NCBI RefSeq assembly: GCF_000940845.1 | Contig: NZ_CP010341.1 | Location: forward strand, 1,860,001-1,892,000 | DNA length: 32,000 nt | Source: Propionibacterium freudenreichii subsp. freudenreichii | Lineage (GTDB): Bacteria; Actinomycetota; Actinomycetes; Propionibacteriales; Propionibacteriaceae | Direction: 5' to 3' | Shown here: piece after piece, positions 7,833 to 14,102 of the stretch | How the letters are laid out: the number at the start of each line of letters is the position of its first letter | Numbering within the stretch: position 1 is the stretch's first letter | Made by a program: the position numbers and the translations under genes | Notes under the pieces: generated by a model | Told to the model about the DNA's origin: nothing | Seen by the model: only the letters and a program-made list of their open reading frames with translations | Databases searched by the model: none

Positions 7833-7911
7833 CTCCCTGGGCAGGAGTCGAACCTGCGTCGCTAGTCCTGATTCAAAGTCAGGCGGGCCCTGCCGGCAGA
7901 CCAACCAGGGA
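7833..7911 (-). tRNA. tRNA-Gln (anticodon UUG), atypical D-arm and 9-nt variable region, no encoded CCA
   Basis: The reverse complement reads TCCCTGG-TT-GGTCTGCCGGCAGGGCC-CG-CCTGA-CTTTGAA-TCAGG-ACTAGCGAC-GCAGG-TTCGACT-CCTGC-CCAGGGA-G. It has a perfect 7-bp acceptor stem, a 5-bp anticodon stem with loop CU-UUG-AA, and a canonical T-arm GGTTCGACTCC. Total length is 79 nt. The position upstream of glmU matches other actinobacteria. Confidence 0.8.
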
Positions 7912-7936
7912 ACGATCGCCACGGCGACCGGTCCCA

Positions 7937-7967
7937 AGTGTAGAGCCCGAGCGCCGGCCCGGGACAA
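7937..7967 (-). promoter_or_regulatory. Candidate tRNA-Gln promoter: TTGTCC (7962-7967), 19-nt spacer, TACACT (7937-7942)
   Basis: The minus strand reads ccgaTTGTCCcgggccggcgctcgggctcTACACTtggg. The -10 box ends about 25 nt before the tRNA 5' end. The spacer is longer than ideal. Confidence 0.35.
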
Positions 7968-8059
7968 TCGGTGTGTCACGGTGGAATCGGCCCGCCGGGG
8001 CGACCGGGCATGGCGAACCGAAGTCGTGGACCGGTGCCCGCGACACCACGACGATCCTC

Positions 8060-8065
8060 TAGGCT
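8060..8065 (+). promoter_or_regulatory. -10 box TAGGCT, 7 nt upstream of GTG 8073 (leaderless-type)
   Basis: Sequence reads ctcTAGGCTgcacaccGTGagc. Confidence 0.45.
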
Positions 8066-8072
8066 GCACACC

Positions 8073-9119
8073 GTGAGCTCGGATGATGCGACAGTTCCCG
8101 TTTCTTCACTTCCCCCCTTTGGTCCCGGCCAACATCTGCTGAGCGTGTCCCAGCTTGATCGTGCCGCGTTGACCAGCCTGTTCGGCCTGGCCGAATCGTT
8201 GCGACCGGTGGGCCAGGGCACGCAGGTGTGCCGCATCCTGGAGGGAGCGATGCTCGGCAGCCTGTTCTTCGAACCCAGCACGCGCACCCGGCTCAGTTTC
8301 GAGTCGGCCTTCCAGCGCCTGGGCGGCGCGGTGGTCTCCACCACCGGATTCACGTTCAGCTCGATGGCCAAGGGCGAGTCGATCCACGACACGGCGCGTG
8401 TGGTCTCGGGGTATTCCGACGCCCTGGTCGTGCGCCATCCCGACACCGGGTCGGTGGCCGAATTCGCCGACGCCTCCGTGGTGCCGGTGATCAACGCCGG
8501 CGACGGCTCGGGTGAGCACCCCAGCCAGTCCCTGCTCGACCTGTTCACGATGCGCCAGGAGCTCGAGGCACGCGGCAAGTCCATCGACGGGGCGACCATC
8601 GCCGTGCTCGGCGACCTTCGCTACGGACGCACCGTCCACTCGCTGCTGCGCATCCTGGGCCTGTACTCCAAGGTGACCTTCCGCGTCTTCGGGCCGCCGG
8701 CCCTGGCGCTGCCCGCAGAGTTCTTCGAGGTGGTGTCCGCCAGCGGGAACCGCATCGTGGAATGCGACTCGGTGGGCGAGGCGATCGGCCCGGCCGACGT
8801 GATCTACTGCACCCGCGTGCAGAAGGAACGCCTCTCGGAGCAGGACGAGGAGTCGGTGCACCTGAAGGGCGACCTGCTCAACATGGCGATCCTCACCCAG
8901 TACGGGCGACCGGACGCCATCATCATGCATCCCCTGCCGCGCGACTCGCGCCACAACTCCTTTGACCTGTCCCCCGATGTCGACGACTTCCCGGGCCTGG
9001 CCATCTTCCGGCAGACCGACAACGGCCTGCTCATCCGGATGGCGATCTTCTCGATCGCCCTGGGCGTGGCCGACCATGTGACCGACGACCTGCGTCCGGC
9101 CGCCTGGCAGCGCCGCTAG
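8073..9119 (+). CDS. pyrB: Aspartate carbamoyltransferase catalytic chain, E. coli/archaeal (class B)-like
   Basis: Shares FFEPSTRTRLSFE, RHP, NAGDGSGEHPSQSLLDLFT, GDLRYGRTVHSL, TRVQKERL and MHPLPR with E. coli PyrB, block for block. The track ORF starts at 7971. GTG 8073 places the N-terminus about 21 aa before HLLSVSQL, as in family members. Confidence 0.88.
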   Translation: MSSDDATVPVSSLPPFGPGQHLLSVSQLDRAALTSLFGLAESLRPVGQGTQVCRILEGAMLGSLFFEPSTRTRLSFESAFQRLGGAVVSTTGFTFSSMAKGESIHDTARVVSGYSDALVVRHPDTGSVAEFADASVVPVINAGDGSGEHPSQSLLDLFTMRQELEARGKSIDGATIAVLGDLRYGRTVHSLLRILGLYSKVTFRVFGPPALALPAEFFEVVSASGNRIVECDSVGEAIGPADVIYCTRVQKERLSEQDEESVHLKGDLLNMAILTQYGRPDAIIMHPLPRDSRHNSFDLSPDVDDFPGLAIFRQTDNGLLIRMAIFSIALGVADHVTDDLRPAAWQRR

Positions 9120-9201
9120 GCCAACCCACACCACTGCGCAGCCGTTCGTCGCGGGCCGGGTGACGGGAGCCGCCGGCCGCGGTGGCCCGTTGTCGGCGTG
9201 G

Positions 9202-9207
9202 GACAAT
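9202..9207 (+). promoter_or_regulatory. -10 box GACAAT, 6 nt upstream of GTG 9214 (leaderless-type)
   Basis: Sequence reads gtggGACAATgacgccGTGagc. Confidence 0.4.
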
Positions 9208-9213
9208 GACGCC

Positions 9214-10023
9214 GTGAGCAGCCAAACCCCAGCACGAGCCACACGACGCGGACGCACCCGCATGACCAGCGCCGAGCGCCGTGAGCAACTCATCGTGGTG
9301 GCCCGGTCACTGTTCGCCGAGCGGGGCTTCGACGGCACCAGCGTCGAGGAGGTCGCAGCCCGCGCACAGGTGTCGAAGCCCGTTGTCTATGAGCACTTCG
9401 GCGGCAAGGAGGGCATCTACGCCGTCGTGGTCGACCGCGAGGTGACCACCCTCGACAATGCGATCATGGCGGCCATCGCCGTGCCCGCCACCAGCTACCG
9501 CGAGGTGATCGAGCGCGGCACGCTGGCGCTGCTCGACTACATCGACGCCTCACCCGACGGCTTCCGCATCATCTCCCGCGATTCCCCGGTGGGCAGCGCC
9601 TCGGGATCATTCGCGTCGATCCTTAATGACATCGCCACCCGCGTGGAGGACCTGCTGGCTCCCCCGCTCATCCGGCGGGGCTACGACGCCACCATCGCCG
9701 GCGTCTACAGCCAGGCGCTGGTGGGACTCGTGGCGTCGGCCGGGCTGGCCTGGCTGGACACCCGCAAGCCCGACAAGCGACGCGTCGCGGCGGAGCTGGT
9801 GAACCTGGCATGGAACGGGCTGGCCAGCATCGAGCACAAGCCCACCCTGATCACCGACCGCGGTGCGGTGCCGGGCAAGCGGCGCCACACCAACAAGCTG
9901 CGTCCGGCCCGCACGGCCAGCAAGGGCGCCACTGCGGCCGCCCGCAAGCGGGCCGCGAAGTCGTCCCACGCGTCGTCCGAGGACGATTCAGGTCCCGTCG
10001 ACCGGGCCGACGGGCAGGACTGA
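9214..10023 (+). CDS. TetR/AcrR family transcriptional regulator with basic C-terminal tail
   Basis: ERREQLIVVARSLFAERGFDGTSVEEVAARAQVSKPVVYEHFGGKEGIY is a TetR HTH. Its position next to the glmU region parallels the Rv1019-type regulator. The start could instead be ATG 9262 (MTSAERR). Confidence 0.88.
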   Translation: MSSQTPARATRRGRTRMTSAERREQLIVVARSLFAERGFDGTSVEEVAARAQVSKPVVYEHFGGKEGIYAVVVDREVTTLDNAIMAAIAVPATSYREVIERGTLALLDYIDASPDGFRIISRDSPVGSASGSFASILNDIATRVEDLLAPPLIRRGYDATIAGVYSQALVGLVASAGLAWLDTRKPDKRRVAAELVNLAWNGLASIEHKPTLITDRGAVPGKRRHTNKLRPARTASKGATAAARKRAAKSSHASSEDDSGPVDRADGQD

Positions 10024-10057
10024 CGGGCACGGGCAGGACTGGGCCGGCAGCGCCCGC

Positions 10058-11035
10058 TCAGCTGACCACCAGTTGGGCCCCGGGTGCGGGACTGGTGACG
10101 CACAGGGTCTCGTCGACCTGCTCCAGGCTGCGCAACACGGTCTGCACCAGATAGGCATCGGGCTGGGAGGCGCACAGGAAGGCGCAGGTGGGGCCCGACC
10201 CCGACACGATCCCGGCCAGTGCACCGGCTGCGGTGCCCGCCGCGAGCACCTCGCGGAGCTCGGGACGCAGCTGACAGGCCGCCTCCTGGAGGTCATTGCC
10301 GAGCAGCGGCGCGACGCGGGCGGCGTCCCCACTGGCCAGCGCGTCGAGCAGGGCGGTGCAGGCGTCCGGGTCGTCCGGCCGCAAGGGCACCACCTTGCCG
10401 GCATCCACCTGCTCGTCGAAGCAGGCATAGACGCTGGGGGTGGACAGGCCCCGATCGCTCAGCGCAAGCACCCAGTGATAGTTGCCCCGCGCCAGCGCCG
10501 GCATCACATCGCCGCCACGCCCACGGCCCAATGCCGTGCCGCCCACCAGCTCGAACGGCACGTCGGAGCCGATATCGGCGGCCAGTTGCACCAGGTCGTC
10601 GGGAGTGGTGTCCAGGTCCCACAACACCGAGCAGGCAAGCAGGGACGCCGCGGCATCCGCCGAGCCGCCGGCCATTCCACCGGCCACCGGGATCGACTTG
10701 TCGATCGACAGGTGGACGCCCAGGTCGGCGGTGCCGAAGTGGTGGCGCAGGGCCACGGCTGCCCGCACCGCAAGGTTCGTCGGATCATCGTCGACGCGGT
10801 GGGCGTGCAGGCCGCGCGTGGTCACGGTGATGGCATCGTCGCGGCGGCGTTCGGCCGTGAGCTCGTCGAACAGGGCCACGGCCTGGAAGACGGTGGCGAG
10901 TTGGTGGTAGCCGTCGTCACCGCGGGCGGCGACGCGCAGTGCGAGGTTCACCTTGGCCGGAACACGCACCCGCACACGCAGGTCCACGGCGCCCAGGCCA
11001 CGGGCGCCACTGGCGGGGAATTCGGTCTCGCTCAC
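10058..11035 (-). CDS. ispE: 4-diphosphocytidyl-2-C-methyl-D-erythritol kinase
   Basis: VRVPAKVNLALRV..DGYHQLATVFQAV and IPVAGGMAGGSADAAA (GHMP kinase motif). The track ORF (to 11182) overlaps the rsmA 3' end. GTG 11035 is preceded by TACGTT plus 6 nt. Confidence 0.88.
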   Translation of the reverse strand: MSETEFPASGARGLGAVDLRVRVRVPAKVNLALRVAARGDDGYHQLATVFQAVALFDELTAERRRDDAITVTTRGLHAHRVDDDPTNLAVRAAVALRHHFGTADLGVHLSIDKSIPVAGGMAGGSADAAASLLACSVLWDLDTTPDDLVQLAADIGSDVPFELVGGTALGRGRGGDVMPALARGNYHWVLALSDRGLSTPSVYACFDEQVDAGKVVPLRPDDPDACTALLDALASGDAARVAPLLGNDLQEAACQLRPELREVLAAGTAAGALAGIVSGSGPTCAFLCASQPDAYLVQTVLRSLEQVDETLCVTSPAPGAQLVVS

Positions 11036-11041
11036 ACCCTC

Positions 11042-11047
11042 AACGTA
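11042..11047 (-). promoter_or_regulatory. -10 box TACGTT, 6 nt upstream of ispE GTG (leaderless-type)
   Basis: The minus strand reads ggaTACGTTgagggtGTGagc. Confidence 0.35.
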
Positions 11048-11111
11048 TCCCGGAACTGCACCCGGGGCTGCCGGGATCCTCCCGCGCGCCCTGCCGGCAC
11101 GGTCGGCGCGA

Positions 11112-11981
11112 TCAGCGGCTCGGTGTGGCGTGCGGCAGCTGCTCGGCGATCGCGGCGAAGGCGGCGATGTCCAACGCCTCACCGCGCACCGTCGGGTCGA
11201 TGCCGGCCGCCTCGATCGCGGCGGAGGCCGCCGCCGAACTTCCCACGATGCGCGCCAATGCGGAGCGCAGCATCTTGCGGCGCTGGGCGAAGGCAGCGTC
11301 GATCACGGCGAACACCTGCTCCCGGGAGGCGCTGGTGGCCGGCGGCTCGCGGCGTTGGATCGCCACCAGGCCCGACTCCACGTTCGGCACCGGCCAGAAG
11401 ACGCTGGGCGGCACCGTTCCGGCCTTGTGCGCCTCGGCGTACCAGGCGAGCTTGGCGCTGGGCACGCCGTAGGTGCGACTGCCCGGAGCGGCCACGAGGC
11501 GATCGGCCACCTCGAGTTGCACCATGATCAGTCCCGCCCGCCAGGACGCGAAGCGTTCGAGCATGTGCAGCAGCACCGGCACGGCGACGTTGTAGGGCAG
11601 GTTGGCCACCAGGCGGGTCGGCGCGGGCCCGGGCAACGACTCGACGCGCAGCGCATCGTCGGTGACCACCCGCAGGCGCCCGGCCCGATCGGGTTGATGT
11701 TCGGCCACGGTGAGCGGCAGTTGGGCCGCCAGCACCGGATCGATCTCGACGGCGGTGACGCCGGCAGCGGAGGCTAACAGTCCGAGGGTCAGTGATCCGA
11801 GGCCCGGCCCCACCTCCAACACCTCATCCTCGGGTCCTACGTCGGCCAGCGACACGATGCGGCGCACCGTATTGGCGTCCACGACGAAGTTCTGGCCGAG
11901 CGTCTTGGTGGGGCGAAGGTTGATGGCGTTGGCGTGCCGCCGCACGCTGGTGGGATCGAGGAATTCGGCCACGCCGCTCAC
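11112..11981 (-). CDS. rsmA: 16S rRNA (adenine1518/1519-N6)-dimethyltransferase RsmA/KsgA
   Basis: TLGQNFVVD and [12 protein letters not shown] (SAM motif). GTG 11981 overlaps the tatD stop as GTGA, indicating translational coupling. The track start at 12056 lies inside tatD. Confidence 0.9.
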   Translation of the reverse strand: MSGVAEFLDPTSVRRHANAINLRPTKTLGQNFVVDANTVRRIVSLADVGPEDEVLEVGPGLGSLTLGLLASAAGVTAVEIDPVLAAQLPLTVAEHQPDRAGRLRVVTDDALRVESLPGPAPTRLVANLPYNVAVPVLLHMLERFASWRAGLIMVQLEVADRLVAAPGSRTYGVPSAKLAWYAEAHKAGTVPPSVFWPVPNVESGLVAIQRREPPATSASREQVFAVIDAAFAQRRKMLRSALARIVGSSAAASAAIEAAGIDPTVRGEALDIAAFAAIAEQLPHATPSR

Positions 11982-12907
11982 CAGGTTCCGGTCACGATGG
12001 CCTGCGGGTTGCTGCCGTAGGCACGCGAGGTGTTGGCGTCGAGCTGGCGGCACCATGCGGCCAAGGCCTGCTCGTCACTGGTCTCGATGCCACGTGCCGC
12101 GGCCAGGAAACGCACCGTGTGCGGCACGAGATAGGGAGCATTGGGGCGTCCCCGCATCGGCACCGGGGTGAGATAGGGCGCATCGGTTTCCACCAGCACC
12201 TTGTCGGCCGGGGTGCTGCGCAGTGCGTCGCGCACGGCACCATTGGCCTTGAAGGTCACCGATCCGGCGAAACTCAGCCAGGCATCGTGTTCCAGGCAGG
12301 TGGCGGCGAACTCGGCATCGCCGCTGAAGCAGTGCAGGATCGTGCGCGGCGGCCACCCGTATTCGTCGAGTACCGCGGCGACGTCGGCATGGGCGTCGCG
12401 ATCATGGATCACCAGGGCACGACCGGTGCGCTGGGCAATCTCGATGTGGCGGGCGAAGAGCTCCCGCTGGAAGGCCTGGCCGGCAGGGTCCTGGATGCGG
12501 AAATAGTCCAAGCCGGTCTCGCCCACGGCACGGACCCGCTCATGGGCGGTGGCGAGCTGCTCGATGCGCCGCATCACGTCGTTGACCGCTTCGGGGCCCT
12601 GACGGGCCACCATGCGGGCTCCGTCGTTGGGATGCAGCGCCACGGCGGCCACCACCTGTTCGTGGGTGGCCGCGAAGTCCACCGCCCACTCGCTGCTGGG
12701 CTGGTCGCAGCCCACCTCGACGATGCGGTGCACGCCGACGACCGCTGCGGCCGACAGGTTGAGCTCGGGGTCGAGCCCGGAGAACTCGACGGTCGCGTCG
12801 GCATGGGTGTGGTTATCGGTGACCAGTGCGGGCAGTGGCTCGGGAAGGGCAGGCAGCTTGGCCTTTGACAGCTGGGATTCGATCTCGGCTCGCTTCACGT
12901 CGGCCAT
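11978..12907 (-). CDS. tatD: TatD-family metal-dependent hydrolase/DNase
   Basis: [18 protein letters not shown] and [17 protein letters not shown] 12907 follows GAGGGG. Alternative starts at 12934 and 12970 would lie upstream of the candidate -10 box. Confidence 0.88.
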   Translation of the reverse strand: MADVKRAEIESQLSKAKLPALPEPLPALVTDNHTHADATVEFSGLDPELNLSAAAVVGVHRIVEVGCDQPSSEWAVDFAATHEQVVAAVALHPNDGARMVARQGPEAVNDVMRRIEQLATAHERVRAVGETGLDYFRIQDPAGQAFQRELFARHIEIAQRTGRALVIHDRDAHADVAAVLDEYGWPPRTILHCFSGDAEFAATCLEHDAWLSFAGSVTFKANGAVRDALRSTPADKVLVETDAPYLTPVPMRGRPNAPYLVPHTVRFLAAARGIETSDEQALAAWCRQLDANTSRAYGSNPQAIVTGTW

Positions 12908-12932
12908 TATCCCCTCGCGTGTGGTGATGTCC

Positions 12933-12938
12933 ATATTG
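12933..12938 (-). promoter_or_regulatory. Candidate -10 box CAATAT for the tatD-rsmA(-ispE) operon
   Basis: The minus strand reads accagCAATATggacatcaccacacgcGAGGGGataATG. Confidence 0.3.
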
Positions 12939-12965
12939 CTGGTGTGCACGGTCCCATTTCTCGTG

Positions 12966-13036
12966 GTCAACTTGTTCTCTTTGTCAACGTGTTTCTTGGT
13001 CAGCTTGCTTTTCGGTCAACGTGTTTCTTGGTCAGC
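12966..13036. repeat. Direct repeats upstream of tatD: GTCAACGTGTTTCTTGGTCAGC x2 (12983-13004 and 13015-36, 32-bp phase) plus a partial third GTCAAC at 12966
   Basis: Two perfect 22-mers read directly from the sequence. On the coding strand there are three GTTGAC(C/A) boxes. Confidence 0.92.
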
Positions 13037-13053
13037 CGGCTTGATCCGGCGAC

Positions 13054-13104
13054 TTCCCGGAAAGCCTGAATTCCTGCGGATTCCCGAAATGTTCCACCGG
13101 AAAG
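13054..13104. repeat. Cluster of four TTCC..GGAA-type units: TTCCCGGAAAG, TTCCTGCGGA, TTCCCGAAA, TTCCACCGGAAAG
   Basis: Read directly from the sequence. Lies between the rsmI stop (13139) and the tatD upstream repeats. Adjacent to hairpin GCCGG-cttgat-CCGGC at 13035-13050. Confidence 0.7.
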
Positions 13105-13138
13105 TGGCGTGGCGGCTGCCTCACGTCGTCCCCCGGCG

Positions 13139-14017
13139 CTATGGGCGCTGGTTCGCGCGGCCGGTGGCGTTGTGTGCCTTCTCGTCGAGCGCGGCCTGGT
13201 AGAGCAGCTTGCGCCGCACCCCCGTCTGCTCGGCCACCTCGGCCACCGCCCCGCTGAGGCGCTCGCCGGCGGCCACGCGCGCGTTCACCTGCACCAAGGC
13301 CTGTGCCAGTCCCTGCTCGGCGCTCACCGTGTGGCCGGCGATCACGATCGTCGTCTCCCCCCGGGCATGCTCCACGGCCCAGGAGTGCAACTCATCGAGG
13401 GTGCCCCGCACGACGTCCTCCCACGGCTTGGTGAGTTCGCGGCACAGCACTGCGGCCCGTTCATGGCCCAGTGCCTCGGCGGCATCGGACAGGAAATCGG
13501 CCAGCCGGTGGGGCGCCTCGAACAACACCATGGTGCGCGGTTCGGTGGCCAGCTCGGCGAGCCGGTGACGACGCGGCCCGCCCGAGCGGGGCAGGAAGCC
13601 CTCGAAGCAGAAGCGGTCGCTGGGAAGCCCGGACACGGCCAGGGCCGTGGTGACCGCGCTGGGGCCCGGCACCGCCGTCACCCGGATGCCGGCCTTGATG
13701 GCGGCATTCACCAGGCGGAAGCCGGGGTCGGAGATGGAGGGCATACCGGCATCGGTGGCCACGACCACGGTCTTTCCGGCCTGCAGGTCGTCGAGCAGCC
13801 CGGGCGTGCGTTCGGACTCATTCCCCTCGAAATAGCTGACGATGTGGGCCCGGGTGGTGACGTCTATGCGGGCCAACAGCGTGCGGAACAGCCGGGTGTC
13901 CTCGGCGGCGATCACATCGGCGTCGCGCAGGGTCTCGCGCAGCTGGTCGGACGCCTGGTTCGACCCGCCGATGGGTGTTCCGGCCAGGATCAGCAGGCCT
14001 TCGTCGCTGGTAGTCAC
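13139..14017 (-). CDS. rsmI: 16S rRNA (cytidine1402-2'-O)-methyltransferase RsmI
   Basis: LLILAGTPIGG, VIAAEDTR, ATDAGMPSISDPG and LFEAPHRL. The track ORF (to 14305) overlaps the GH95-like 3' end. Plausible starts are GTG 14017 or ATG 14089. Confidence 0.88.
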   Translation of the reverse strand: MTTSDEGLLILAGTPIGGSNQASDQLRETLRDADVIAAEDTRLFRTLLARIDVTTRAHIVSYFEGNESERTPGLLDDLQAGKTVVVATDAGMPSISDPGFRLVNAAIKAGIRVTAVPGPSAVTTALAVSGLPSDRFCFEGFLPRSGGPRRHRLAELATEPRTMVLFEAPHRLADFLSDAAEALGHERAAVLCRELTKPWEDVVRGTLDELHSWAVEHARGETTIVIAGHTVSAEQGLAQALVQVNARVAAGERLSGAVAEVAEQTGVRRKLLYQAALDEKAHNATGRANQRP

Positions 14018-14102
14018 AGCCGTGAGACTATCCGCATCGTCTGACAGGCGAGATATGAGAGACCGGCCGCTGCACCCGGCGCCGGCCATCCACAGGCGTG
14101 GA

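Noticed and set aside
7647-8069. N-terminal 141-codon extension of the glmU track ORF
   Set aside because: The extension runs straight through the tRNA-Gln gene and its promoter. The internal ATG 7646 has a perfect AGGAGG SD and gives a normal GlmU N-terminus.
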